This document shows, in pieces, positions 46,901 to 60,260 of a stretch of DNA of 64,000 bases; positions within the stretch are counted from its first letter, which is position 1; the number at the start of each line of letters is the position of its first letter. The stretch is from Tubulanus polymorphus. Lineage: Eukaryota; Animalia; Nemertea. A program made the translations under genes and the position numbers. Below the pieces are notes generated by a model. That model was not told the origin of the DNA and ran no database searches. It saw nothing but the letters and a program-made list of their open reading frames with translations. The stretch is taken from assembly GCF_964204645.1 (NCBI RefSeq), contig NC_134032.1:6746275-6810274 (forward strand), read 5' to 3'.

Positions 46901-49900
46901 GACTGTGTATAGGGGGTACGAGTACTAAACTGGCGTTTTCAGTCGTCAACTCTAGTACACCCAATAGCATTGATCAAACGGTACTGCTCGCCTTCTTTGA
47001 AGCCTACGACTCCTCGGAAAACATTCGGACCATTTTCAGCTCTTATTCTGAGCAATTTTTCGAACTAAATTCAATTCAAATTCAGGACAAAGAGGGCAAG
47101 CAGCATATTTTCAACATAAGTAAGTTCATAATCGGAGATTACTGCTGGTTATGCAATGCTATGGGCCATATTGGAGCTTCAGGCGCATTCCCTTGTTTGT
47201 GGTGTCTCGTTAAACTCGCAAATCTCGGGCGAAGGGATGGATCTCCCCATACACCAATGCTTGTTGGAGGGGTACTTTGGGAAACCCTGAGTGTCAGTTC
47301 GAGTAAAGAACCGTTTCGACCTATCTGGCAGACTTTGACAGCCACAATTCCGGAACTGACACCTCCAACAAAGGAATAAACAGTATATCCAATTCATTGC
47401 TCTTCCTCATCGACAATCTCAACCAATTAGTACCGCCCCCCTTCATTTATCTTTAGGCATTGGATTAACATTATTCCAGCTACTTGAAAATTTATGTGCT
47501 GAGCTCGATCAAAATTCATTATCTACTAGAGATCCCGAGCTGTTCGTTAAGTGGCAGACGCTCAGTGCACAAGTAGCTTCTTTAGATGATGAGGTGAAGA
47601 GCGAAATGTTTTAATTAGAATCACTTAGAAAACACCTGAAAATTTGCGAAACGAGACACCATAAACCCATCAATGACCCTTGCGATGCAGTGATCTGCGT
47701 TCTAAACGCTGATAACCATACAAGGGTGATTGATTGGATCGAATGCAACCTTTGTCACAAATGGCTACATTATCAATGTGCTGGTTTCCTCGAAAATGTA
47801 CCGGATGTGACAGTCGACTACGTCTGTCCGCAATGCATTGATGAAGGACTATCGCCGGAGAAGATGATTCCCAGCAATTCAACAAAGGTGGCGATGCAAA
47901 CTGAGCGTGTGAGATCACTCCAAGCCCGTCTTTCTTCCTCTCGACAGGAACTCACCTGCGTTTTCACACAAGTGAAATCACTGATGGGCCCCTGCGAGAC
48001 GGAACTTAACCGAGTGCTTGAAGATGATCTCCATGTTCAGAGACAGGCATACCATTCTATGTGTTTTATTGGGAATCATATTCGACGGATGTTCCTCATC
48101 AATGACAAAGTGGACGCCCCTGCAAAGCTGCTGTCTGTGGTTAAAGATCAAACAAATGATTACGCTCATTTCTATGATCTTTATGCCAGGTTCAGCAAGA
48201 TCCATCACTTTTTAAATGCAGCAAGATTTTTGTCACCTCTCGAAATAGAACACATGTGCAAGTTGTGTCATGAATTCGGTGAAAAGTTTCCCGCACACTT
48301 TCCCAATCAAGCCATCACTCCAAAAATCCACGTGCTTGTCTTCGGGGTTCCTCGATTCCTCCGAAGGTGGAAATCCATTGGTATCTTTAAATTATGAAAA
48401 CTGAAATTATTTTTCGATCAAAAGACAATCATGCAAACTGTAATTTTATCAATCAAATGAAAATCATGTGAATTCAAATTATTAATCATAGTTAATATCA
48501 AATTGAAAAAAATGTATATGGTATTTTGGTGACAAAAACTGCTGCATTTAAAGTGTTGGTGATGGAAATACATTTCCAAGTGTTATCACTCAGTCCACAG
48601 GGTATGACAAAGAAATGATACATTAAAGTTTTTATCTAAAATCTAAACCCTATGAAACATATTATAACTCATCATTTACTTATCCATTTCACAGAAATCC
48701 TAATTCAACATGTCAAATATCAAGACTATAAGTTAAAACGTGATATTTACCTAAAAACTTTCTCCCTTGAAATGCTCAAAAATACGGATAAGTGCTGATT
48801 CAGCAACAACAGCAGACATTGGTTGTATAATCATTTGTTTTCAAGTCCAGCCTTGCGTCTGCTAAATGAACTATTCTTTTATTTCCATCACTATTTCCAT
48901 TTACCTATAGATAACAAATGTTTCGCAATGTATTTTGCATGGAACCGATACCTTACTTTTGTAAATATTATAAATTTTCGACACAAGCGTGAATATTGCA
49001 AATTATTACACAGGAATAAGACCCAGTGTACAGTCAACACAATTGTAAATATTGTAAATAATTACACAGGAATAAGACTGTGTATAGGGGGTACGAGTAC
49101 TAAACTGGCGTTTTCAGTCGTCAACTCTAGTACACCCAATAGCATTGATCAAACGGTACTGCTCGCCTTCTTTGAAGCCTACGACTCCTCGGAAAACATT
49201 AGGACCATTTTCAGCTCTTATTCTGAGCAATTTTTCGAACGAAATTCAATTCAAATTCAGGACAAAGAGGGCAAGCAGCATATTTTCAACATAAGTAAGT
49301 TCATAATCGGAGATTACTGCTGGTTATGCAATGCTATGGGCCATATTGGAGCTTCAGGCGCATTCCCTTGTTTGTGGTGTCTCGTTAAACTCGCAAATCT
49401 CAGGCGTAGGGATGGATCTCCCCATACACCAATGCTTGTTGGAGGTACTTTGGAAAACCCTGAGTGTCAGTTCGAGCAAAGAACCGTTTCGACCTATCTG
49501 GCAGACTTTGACAGCCACATTTCTGGAACTGATACCTCCAACGAAGGAATAAACAGTATATCCAATTCATTGCTCTTCCCCATCGACAATCTCATCCAAT
49601 TTGGTACCGCCCCCTTCATTTATCTTTAGGCATTGGATTAACATTATTCCAGCTACTTGAAAATTTATGTGCTGAGCTCGATCAAAATTCATTATCTACT
49701 AGAGATCCCGAGCTGTTCGCTAAGTGGCAGACGCTCAGTGCACAAGTAGCTTCTTTAGACGATGAGGTGAAGAGCGAAATGTTTCAATTGGAATCACTTA
49801 GAAAACACCTGAAAATTTGCGAAACGAGACACCATAAACCCATCAATGACCCTTGCGATGCAGTGATCTGCGTTCTAAACTCAGATAACCATACAAGGGT

Positions 49901-51495
49901 GATTGATTGGATCGAATGCGACCTTTGTCACAAATGGCTACATTATCAATATGCTGGTTTCACTGAAAATGTACCGGATGTGACAGTTGACTACGTCTGT
50001 CCGCAATGCATTGATGAAGGACTATCGCCGGAGAAGATGATTTCCAGCAATTCAACAAAGGTGGTGATGCAAACTGAGCGTGTGAGATCACTCCAAGCCC
50101 GTCTTTCTTCCTCTCAACAGGAACTCACCTGCGTTTTCACACAAGTGAAATCACTGATGGGCCCCTGCGAGACGGAACTTAACCGAGTGCTTGAAGATGA
50201 TCTCCATGTTCAGAGACAGGCATACCATTCTATGTGTTTTATTGGGAATCATATTCGACGGATGTTCCTCATCAATGACAAAGTGGACGCCCCTGCAAAG
50301 CTGCTGTCTGTGGTTAAAGATCAAACAAATGATTACGCTCATTTCTATGATCTTTATGCCAGGTTCAGCAAGATCCATCACTTTTTAAATGCAGCAAGAT
50401 TTTTGTCACCTCTCGAAATAGAACACATGTGCAAGTTGTGTCATGAATTCGGTGAAAAGTTTCCCGCACACTTTCCCAATCAAGCCATCACTCCAAAAAT
50501 CCACGTGCTTGTCTTCGGGGTTCCTCGATTCCTCCGAAGGTGGAAATCCATTGGTATCTTTTCTGAGCAGGGTCTCGAAGGCAAGCATAATTTTGAAATG
50601 CAGATTTCCTTCTGCAGATTTTGAAACACAACGGAGCGAGCGGCACTTATATTCAATTCTCAACACCTTCAGAGTTTTTTTTGCCAATCAGCTCAAACGG
50701 GAAAGTTGCAGTAAATTCTATCCGAAACATGATGCATCTGATCTGAAATAAAAAATGAATGTGATTAAAATTATGAAAACTGAAATTATTTTTCGATCAA
50801 AAGACAATCATGCAAACTGTAATTATATCAATCAAATGAAAATTATGTGAATTCAAATTATTAAACATAGTAAATATCAAATTGAAAAAAATGTATATGG
50901 TATTGTGCTGACAAAAACTGCTGCATTTAAAGTGTTGGTGATGGAAATACATTGCCAAGTGTTATCACTCAGTCTACAGCGTATGACAAAGAAATGATAC
51001 ATTAAGGTCTATATCTAAAATCTAAACCCTATGAAACATAATATAACTCATCACTTACTTATCCATCTCACAGAAATCCTAATTCAACATGTGTCTTAAA
51101 TGACTGTGTAAACAACAATCAAATATCAAGACTATTAGTTAAAACGTTGATATTTACCTACAAACCTTTCTCCCTTGAAATGCTCAAAAATGTGAAAAAG
51201 TGCTGATTCAGCAACAACAGCAGACATTGGTTGTATAATCATTTGTTTTCAAGTCCGGCTTTGCGTCTGCTAAATGAACTATTCTTTTATTTCCATCACT
51301 CTTTCCATTTACCTATAGATAACAAATGTTTTGCAATGTACTTTGCATGGAACCGATACCTTACTTTTGTAAATATTATAAATAGTCAACACAAGTGTGA
51401 ATATTGTAAATTATCACACAGGAAGAAGACCCAGTGTACAGTCAACACAATTGTAAATATTGTAAATAATTACACAGGAATAAGACTGTGTATAG
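39275..51495 (+). repeat. Tandem array of five copies of the transposase 3' part plus downstream sequence (period ~2176 bp)
   Basis: Units start at 39275, 42561, 44737, 46913 and 49088; junction GACTGTGTATAG|GGGGTACGAGTACT; copies 2-4 share a deletion GGTATCTTT|AAATTATG. Confidence 0.97.
40976..41838 (+). mobile_element. hAT-derived non-autonomous element with 7-bp TSD
   Basis: Perfect 12-bp TIRs CAGAGATGCTAG / CTAGCATCTCTG; TGAAAAC duplicated (empty site visible in copy 5 near 50770); subterminal TTCCGGAA repeats; internal BED-like Zn finger fragment KNKFNWHWL..AYCFVC..LRH..RH. Confidence 0.9.
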
Positions 51496-53387
51496 TCAAC
51501 AAAAGTGTAAATATTGTAATTATTAAACTGATTGAATTATAAAAGAATATCTTAATATTGTTGATTTATATGAGAAAATGTTGATTTATTTGTTATTGAT
51601 GATAATATGTTGACTTCTTATTTATTGACTAAATAGATGTTTATCCTATTTTATTTATTATACCAATTCAATAAATCTCATCATTGTTACTGTTACTCAT
51701 CAACATCATCTTTCGAGGTTACTTCTCCCTGAAAAATTTGCAGGATTCGCATCATAGCCTATCATGAGCTTATTTCATCAAGGATCACAAGCAATGATGG
51801 ATTACAGCAAATAAACCGGTGCCATATTCTGAGGAATAATAGTTTCTATTCTTCTTAGGATGAAAATACATTTCAAAAGTGTAGTTATGCCAAAAAAGAT
51901 TAGGCCTAGGCTTATGTAGACTGTACCAGGAAGCACCTCTATAGCCTAGGCCATATTTCAAGAAAATGATCTAAGCATGCAGTAAATCACCCGAAAATAG
52001 CACGAGATAATGAAATGAAGCATTTGATGCCCTGTCAAAATGCGTATTTAGACGATGATAATCGATTACGGTCATGAAAATTGATATGGCCTAACTTGGG
52101 TGTATCTTTCAAATCCGCGAAAATTTTTTAAAAATTTCCAGCATTTTTCGACGATGTAAACACAGACAGCTGATCTAAATATCTGAATTCGACGAGAAAT
52201 TAATATTGCGTTAGCTAAATATCAATAATTACCTGCAGAAGCATTGATGATAACCAAAATAGATGTTTTCATCGGGAAAAAACAGTTTCAAATTCGTGGC
52301 AGTGGCCATTTTGAATAATTAGCAAATGACGTCACACGCGATGATGTCACGCAATTGGGAATTTCTTCCACATTAACGAGACATGTAGAATGGGACCACA
52401 AAATGCTTAGCTTTTAGTTGCGTTACATGTAACTTGTAACGTGATATTAGATCGGCTAACAGCCACTGTAGCTCCTGTAATAAAATATAACCTAGTCTGT
52501 GTGTGAGAGGAATGCCTGTCTTTGTGCGAAACACTTGAATCTGATCTGCAAAGGTTACTATATATAAATATATATATATGAGTACTCAAATTGCCAGCTT
52601 AAGTTTTAGTTTGTAATTTGTATATATGCGTCTTGCATGGTTTAGAGCAAAACCTAATTTCAGTTATTTATTTGTAATTCTAATTTACATACAATTTCTT
52701 TAATAATCGAGATCCGTAAGGATCGGTAAAATACTTCACGCAGGGGAGGCGACGATATAGCAGACAAATCATATTATATAGTTTTAGGCCTAAGCTAAGT
52801 TGTAATAAATGAGAACACTATACATATCAAAGTGTACTAAATATCTTACCTGAAAATTCAATAAATATACGAGTATAAATCTTTAATTGCAGATTGGGTT
52901 TATTCGATGAAATCCAAAGTCAGAATAACCCAGCTATGCCTGAGCTGGACCTTGATGACTCTGGCTCCACCTACAAACCCAATCTAGCAAAGATTCATCT
53001 GATTTGAGGATCCAGGTACACAGGCTCTGACGACGGATAGATGCCTGATTGCCAAGAAAACAAACTTAGTAATTAGTGTCACCATTAAGTATCTAGGCAA
53101 ATGTAGTGGTTTGTGGACTTTAAGATACTTTGAGAACAAAGCTTTCTCAGACCAGAGTAACTAGGCTTGGCAGTCATAAATGGTACAAAGAGAAACATGA
53201 AAATAATCTTAGATATGAAATGATTTTTAAAATGTTATTTTTCAAAAATGTAAATCTGATATTTGAAAAGCTATATTTATGCAGATAAAATCTATGTCTA
53301 CCATGACCATATTATGTTATTCCTAAAATGAAACTGCCAAATCAAGAGAGTACGTTTTCTTTTTCTGTTTCTGTATGCATAGTTGCT

Positions 53388-56185
53388 GGTAGGTGTAAAG
53401 GATTAGAATGAAATCGCAAGTTCCAACAGCTACAGTTCTCATATTTTGCATATGGGTACATCTTGGCTTGATTAGACGAAAAAATTAGTTTTCGCATAAA
53501 TTATGCAAATTAGCAATCCAAGATGGCCGCCGAACTACCAAAAAACTACCTTCTCGCTAAACATTCTAGCAACTTTCATTTTGGACTTAGGGTATTGTAA
53601 CTTGGCAATAACATAGATAACAATGATACCTAGTGCATAAAACTCTTAGAGTTAGAATATTTTGAAAAAATATATACAAATTAAGGTTTTTACTGTGACG
53701 GCACACAAAACCACATATGGGTTTGGCGGTTAAAGCTTGATAACTTTACAACTAATACACATAGAGTAAAACTCAAAATTTGAGGCACAAGAGTTACACA
53801 TTGTCATTATGTATGCCAAATTTCAAGGCAATCCAATGATTAGTTTTTTCTCCACAATGTTTCAAAAACCTGAAAAATCCTGAAAAAGTGATTTTTAGAA
53901 AAACGACAAAATGTAACAGAATCAAACATTTCCTTTTAATTGAACTCTCCAGCAGCGTACATTATTCCTTCTTTATCTTTAGTTACATCTGAATACCCCT
54001 TTTTTAATGATCTTAAAGTCTTTCTTCGCTGTTTTACCCCCGCAGATGATTTACGGGTCGATTTATCGCACCGAATTTTGTCCGCGTCGATACAGGCTGC
54101 GATAGTGAATCGACCAGCGGCTATTCCGAGATAGCTGTACATACGGATAACACTTACAGATCCATCATTGAAATGAGAAACTGCATTGTATACTGCCTCT
54201 TCAACAGTTTCTTTTTCAACAAACACTTCCTTTTGGCAACGATCCCAAATAAGTTTGTTCAGGCATTCATTGTTATTTTGCGTTTTGCCGTGAACGCACT
54301 TACTGAGTAGTTCTCGATTAGACAGTTCATCGAACATCGGTGTCAGGAACTGGTACACTGCATCTGGTAATCCATGGCTGTGCTTATAAGTGGAGTTGTC
54401 TCGTTTAAAACCACACCATGAATCTGGGCCTTCTGGACAGAGTTGATGCATCGGTCGATCGGCGGTTGATGCAACGTGAGGAAGGATAGCTCTGGCGTCA
54501 CGAACCATCGCATCAAGATCACCAGCGTTTGACCTTATTGCCATACCATAGTAATTCTGTAAAGTATCAACTTTTTTATCAGTCAATCTTCCAGCACCGC
54601 CAATAGTTTTACCATCACTGAGTTTTTTAGATTTGAACTCTGCTTTCTTTTTACGGCACCGAGTCCCCACTCTTTTTTGAACGTGTCCACAACACTCAAG
54701 TTTTTTCAATCCAATATCCGGACCATACGGCCTTTCTTTACACAGAGAACTAAATGAAGATGAATCGCCATCACCAAGGAACTCAGTATATCGTAAATTA
54801 TGGCTGAGTTCAGAACCCAAAGCTATTCGCAAGGTTGCAACTGTTTCCATGGAACCGGCACTTCCCGTGTGATTTATACGACATCGGTGATCTGCTTTCC
54901 AGCGAAGATAGTCCATTGAATTATGATCTTGTTTCTCCCAGTACTGACAGCCTTTACATATATTTGAAAGGATTTCGTAGTCCAGACATTTACCGGTATC
55001 GACAGAAATCGAAGTGACCACCCCGTGGTGACTCGCGAAACCACGTCGCTGCCACGTTCCGTCAAACGATGCGGCGCAATCGACAATCGCGTCATCTGTC
55101 ACACCTTTCTGTTGCCTAAGTTCATCGGCTGCTTGGTGTATACTCTCCTGAGCTACTGACTTGCTTGCAGTGTGTAAGTGACGAAATATAGTAGCATACG
55201 CTGGTCTACTGAGACCAGGAGGACTATTAGTATGGACGGCAAACTTTTTCAGTGCACTCCAACCACGACCGATCGATCTCGCAAATCCTACCATTCGAAC
55301 GTTGATTTCCTTAGGACTCTTGGTTTTCGAAATCATTGTATTTTCAGAGGAAGGTAAATAGAATGTTACCGGACATTCAGTACATTGTATGAACAGTTCG
55401 TGATAGAATCCCATTCGACGAGACAAGTCTAGGTCACATTTCACGTTTTTCTGACATGACTTGCAAACGGTATTGTTTTCAATAAAATCACATAAGTTTT
55501 TAACACTGAATAGGACATATGCTTCTTTCGTAAGTTCATTATCATTCACAGACGGATATTGTTCGCGATTACGGCTTATTTTCGAAGTAGAAGCAGGTGT
55601 TCCATTTACTTCCTGGTTTGTAGACTGGGGGCCGCCATCTTGTTTTTTCATGTTACCCCAATAATGCCTCTTTTTACCTCGATTTTTGTTCCTTTTCGAA
55701 CCCATATTAAACACCAATCCACCGCATTTGTCTTCACAATAGATATAATTCACTGAGTAGATGTATAAAAGTTGGATATAGAACGTTTTTGCGCAGTATT
55801 TTGAAGATTTTCAACAGACTTGAAATTTTCAGCTACAGAAAGGCTTCCATGTTGGATTCCTGGCATGAGTTTTGTAAGAGCCACTGTGATTGGCTGTTAT
55901 TTATAGATTCTTGGGGATGTCCTCTTTCATAGCCTGTTCTCAATTTATTGATATCACAAAGGAAAGTATACGTATCCAAGGCCCAAAGACGTTGCCAAGG
56001 GCCAAAAAAAAAATTTCAGAAAGCAGATACTAATTTTTAAATGGTTTTTTTTGCCAGAATCCGTTAGTTATTGTACACCAAATGTTATTTTTCAATAAGA
56101 TATAAATATTTGCTGTTGGAAAATGCAATAATTGACATTTTGAAAATTTTCACAAAAATTGACATTCTAATCCTTTACACCTACC
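53388..56185 (-). mobile_element. Kolobok-type DNA transposon, 2.8 kb
   Basis: Perfect 23-bp TIRs GGTAGGTGTAAAGGATTAGAATG (53388-53410 and 56163-56185); TTAA at 56186-56189 (left copy absent); single transposase ORF. Confidence 0.8.
53936..55705 (-). CDS. Intact DDE transposase (Kolobok-type, often annotated Mutator-like)
   Basis: 589 aa from ATG 55705; SFDGTWQRRG, NHTGSAGSME, FLGDGDSS, KLECCGHVQKR, TQNNNECLN; N-terminal CxxC..CxxC. Confidence 0.9.
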   Translation of the reverse strand: MGSKRNKNRGKKRHYWGNMKKQDGGPQSTNQEVNGTPASTSKISRNREQYPSVNDNELTKEAYVLFSVKNLCDFIENNTVCKSCQKNVKCDLDLSRRMGFYHELFIQCTECPVTFYLPSSENTMISKTKSPKEINVRMVGFARSIGRGWSALKKFAVHTNSPPGLSRPAYATIFRHLHTASKSVAQESIHQAADELRQQKGVTDDAIVDCAASFDGTWQRRGFASHHGVVTSISVDTGKCLDYEILSNICKGCQYWEKQDHNSMDYLRWKADHRCRINHTGSAGSMETVATLRIALGSELSHNLRYTEFLGDGDSSSFSSLCKERPYGPDIGLKKLECCGHVQKRVGTRCRKKKAEFKSKKLSDGKTIGGAGRLTDKKVDTLQNYYGMAIRSNAGDLDAMVRDARAILPHVASTADRPMHQLCPEGPDSWCGFKRDNSTYKHSHGLPDAVYQFLTPMFDELSNRELLSKCVHGKTQNNNECLNKLIWDRCQKEVFVEKETVEEAVYNAVSHFNDGSVSVIRMYSYLGIAAGRFTIAACIDADKIRCDKSTRKSSAGVKQRRKTLRSLKKGYSDVTKDKEGIMYAAGEFN

Positions 56186-56189
56186 TTAA

Positions 56190-58970
56190 CAGGCTCAGTT
56201 CCAACGAAGTGGAGTGCGCAGAGGGTTTTACTGCTGTGACGCGCTTGTTGATCATTAGCTGAAATTGATCAACAGTGCTTGACTGGATGAGTTCCTCGTC
56301 CAGATGATTCCAGTCCAGGGCTGTTTGCCCGAAAAACGACTGTCTATATTGCTCAGTCTTAGCAGTTGGGATGACGAAAGGTTTGCTATTGTTTCTTACT
56401 GAGCGATCTACAATGTTTGCAGCTGAATAGTCAACAAACTTTTTAGCTCTAACAGAACGTCGCCCTGGCCTAACTGGTGTCAGGAAGCTGGTAACGGGAA
56501 TTGCCGGGACCTTCCCTTCCACTACCCGGAAAATAAAAGTGAGTCAGAGCTGTTTCCGTCGGTCCTCCAGGCTTGGTAGTTGTAGGTCATGGATCATCTT
56601 GGTCATGCACCCCGGAGTTCTGGTGTGGTAGTCCTTTTTAATAAAACGGGCTGCACTACGCTGTACTCTCTCAACACTGTCAGTGTCTCGCTTGGTGTGC
56701 GGATCCATACTCTAGTACGGGACGGACAAGAGCGATATAGGCTGTCTTCCTGCACTGCTCTGGGCAGTTTCTGAGGTTTCTGCGGAGGAAACCAAGACTA
56801 CGGTTCGCTTTCTTAGTAATGGGTCAGCCACTTTAGGTCCTCTGATAGTTCAACGCCTAGATATGGGTTGCTCTTCACCTGTTTGAGCACTGTGTTGTTC
56901 ATTGTGTAGAAGTAGGAGGACTTATTCCGGATTGACAGGATATGGCATTTCTTGGCGTTAAACTTCATCCCCCAGTCAACAGCCCACCATTGTTCCAGGT
57001 TCTGGAGGTCGTCTTGGAGTGTGTGATGGTCTGCCATCTTGTGAATTGTCCTATATAGGAGGCAGTCGTCCGCAAACAGGCGGACATGGGATTTCACACG
57101 TTCCGGCAGGTCGTTTATATGGCAGAGGAAGAGAAGAGGTCCTAAAACTGTGCCTTGCGGCACACCGGAATCCACCGAAGCCTCATCTGAGTTCTCGCCA
57201 TCAAGTATTACCCTCATGGTGCGTTCGGTTAGAAAGCTGGTTAGCCACGCATGTTCAGGTCCTGTTATCCCATAGCTGGTCAGCTTGGAGAGGAGTTTTC
57301 TGTGTGTGACGGTGTCGAACGCCTTGCTGAAGTCCAACATGGAGACATCTACTTGTTTCCATTTGTCGTAGGACATTGTGAGGTCGTTCACTGTTGTCAC
57401 TAGCTGCGTCTCACAAGAGAAACCTGCACGAAAACCATAGTTGAGTGAGGTGAGTATATTGTATTTCTGAAGGTGGTCCGTGATGTGACTGAATACAATA
57501 TGTTCTAGCATCTTGCATGAGACTGAGGTGAGGGACACTGGTCGGTAGTTAGCTGGGTCATACTTGTCCCCTTTCTTGAAGATGCAGGATACATTGGCTC
57601 TCCGCCAGTCACTCGGGAGTAGTCCTGTGTCGATCGACCTCTGGAAAATCCAAGTCATTGCTGGTGCCAATATTTGAATAAAGTTGCCATTTTCTGTTCA
57701 ACAACTTTTTAATGTTCGGTGTTATCCATGGCGGACTATTATTCGGGCGGCCCATCTTCGAAGGGATGAATTTGTCAACTGTGTTTGAAATCGATGATTT
57801 GAATTTTGACCACATGGTTTCAGGGTCGGCGTCATCCTCGTATGACTGTACAACCTCATCAGACATTCTTGACAGATCAGTGGAAATACTAGTCCAGTCA
57901 GCCTTTTTCCACAGACGATATTTCCTAGGTGCCCTGAGGGTGCGGCTTGGTTTCAGATCCATATCTGTGATGACAATGCTATGGACAGAAATTCCAGGAA
58001 CCGATGATGAGTTTTTTACAAGCGTCGGATTCGAAGTGAAGACTAAGTCCAGGGTAGCATCTTCTCTCGTAGGTTCTGCATGGACTTGGGTTAATTGAGA
58101 TAGTGATGTGGTGTCGACGAGCTGTTGTTGGATGTCTTTCTGCGGTGCTGAATTGACCACGGTACCAGTTTCCCAGTCTATATCGGGACAGTTGAAGTCT
58201 CCAGCTAGTATCATATCCTTGGAATTTGGAGAATTGTTGAGTTTATCACGTGAATTAGATAGCTCGGTGACATCGCGTTTGCATCTCTTGGGCATGTAGA
58301 ACGATCCTATGTGTAGGTCTTTCCGCTTCTCCAGTTTCACCTTCACCCACAACAATTCACCTTTCCCTTTTAGACTCGGTTCTTCCTCCGATATGAGGTT
58401 TTGGTGTACTAGGGTGAACACTCCACCCCTTAGTGAGCTACGGTCAGCACGGTATGCAGTATAGTTAGCTGGGAAAACTTCGCTCGATTTGATGTTACTA
58501 TTAAGCCAGGATTCACATCCACATATCACAACTGGTTTAACATAGTTAATAACAGCTGCCAATTCTGCTGACTCGTTAACTATGCTACGGCAATTCACGG
58601 TCATCAGTCTTAGGTTCCGTTTTCCTTTCGCTGGTAGCTGGTAAACTGATGAGGCTTTCGAAGTTGATGAACGCAGGTGTTTTCGTTCAGTGGTGTTATG
58701 CGGGCTGTGGCTGGTGGTTGAAGATCTCGGGCTACTCATAAACAGTGGTGTCGGAGCAGAAGTTAAGTTGAAAGAGTCAATTGAACTGTCTGTAAGAGGG
58801 GTATAGAAGTTAACACTCTGATCAATTTCATAGCTGTGAAATGTGAAGCTTGCGCAATTTATACTGTCGCATTTATAACACATCCACTGGACATTAGGCC
58901 TGTTGAGGAGTTCATAATCAGCAGTGCACATTTCTATGCAGGACTTATGATACCAACAGTCACAACCGTT
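56190..58970 (-). mobile_element. CR1/L2-group non-LTR retrotransposon (PHD-APE-RT), 5'-truncated, internally deleted and frameshifted
   Basis: PHD remnant CDCWYHKSC..WMCYKC; APE motifs VNCRS, CESWL, AGDFN, LDLVF; RT NYRPVSLTS, LDFSKAFD, GVPQGTVLGP, LFADDCLLY; C-terminal YRQSFF..DWN; deletion junction near 57670. Confidence 0.92.
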
Positions 58971-59599
58971 TTGTAGAAATGAATAATAGGTTTGCTATAC
59001 AAGGAATAATTCTCATAAGCAAATAAAAAATGATTGAATAATAATGGTATGTAGAATTTATTTTGATAATATCTTCACTAATTCAACAGGTTGGAAAGTT
59101 CCATTTCTCATTGATTTCGATTAAATGTCTGTATAAAGAAACTGATAACTTCACACATTTTCTGTGATACCATTGGCCGCATTTATCACACACTTTCCAC
59201 TGTCCTTTCCCTGTTGAACGGTTGCATAGGCCTAGTTCTTGAGGACAAGTATCCTTCACGCTTTTTTTTTGATTTGCAGGTCTTTGATTCCTTTGACCAA
59301 AGGAGCTAGAAAAGATAAAGAATAATTGGCCTAATCTTTATTTAAGTCATACAGATAACTTCATAATACTTGATTTCAGACAACCCCGGCTAATATAAAA
59401 CGTAGTTTACAGATGTTTAGATTGTCTACCTAAAATCTCCAATTAAGACAATCCAAAGCAAAAGGAGTTAACCAAGGTTCATTGTAATTATCAATTTAAT
59501 CATTACTCATTTTGTATTCAATCTTAATAGTAAACAGATGATTATTACCATTTTCACTAATTTTGGAAACTGATTCCTCCGTTTCAGATTCCAGTTCAA

Positions 59600-59830
59600 G
59601 TTCTGACTCGGAATCCGATTCACTTTCAATCGAAGATTCTGATTGCAGTTCGGGTGCTATTTCGGGTGCTATTTCGGGTGCTGCGTCAGTTTCTGATTCA
59701 CTTCCGTTCGAAGATTCTGATTGCAGTTTGGGCGCTGCATCAGTTTCCGATTCACTTTCGTTTGAAGAATCTGATAGCAGTTTGGGTGCTGCATCAGTTT
59801 CCGATTCACTTTCGTTCGAAGATTCGCAGT
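59600..59830. repeat. ~54-bp tandem repeat (~4 copies) with a nested 12-bp repeat
   Basis: GATTCACTTTCGTTCGAAGATTCTGATTGCAGTTTGGGCGCTGCATCAGTTTCC units; (TTCGGGTGCTAT) x2-3. Confidence 0.85.
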
Positions 59831-60260
59831 CACGTTCTGAATTGAGGTTTATATCTGGAATGGAAATACTGAGTCAGATTCACGCCATCAAATTCAATGA
59901 TGTAGATGATGTAATGATAATATACCTACCATTACTTCCAGTTTTCAATTTTATTTTATGCAGTGTCGCTGCTGCTAAAGAATTCAATGGCACTGGTATG
60001 CACCTTTTTGCAACTCTTGGTAAAACATTGGTAAAATACATGGCTTGATCATTTTATGACAACTGTTCAATCTATTTTCGTTCCACAAGTAATACATGCG
60101 GTTGCGAAAACCACCCAAACTTTCCGCCAATTTCTTTAATGATGTGGGGTCAATGGAGTCATCACACCGCTCACAGTCATTCGAGTTAATTGCCACTGAG
60201 GGCACACCTCCAATGATAACCCAGCTAGCACAGGAACGTTGGTATGACGTCATATTACCG

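Noticed and set aside
42401-49090. ORFs beginning MYNHLFSS/MYFAWNRY as novel genes
   Set aside because: Read-through of non-coding sequence across the tandem junction into the transposase frame; no independent evidence of coding.
29139-52397. GGTACCATTCTA / TAGAATGGGACC as TIRs of the RAG1-like element
   Set aside because: Only 11 of 12 bases match over 23 kb, there is no TSD and the termini are not CAC-type; the element's ends remain undefined.
59563-60253. Ser/Asp-rich ORF and adjacent minus-strand ORF as a host gene
   Set aside because: Openness is explained by the 54-bp repeat; non-ATG start; no recognisable domain.
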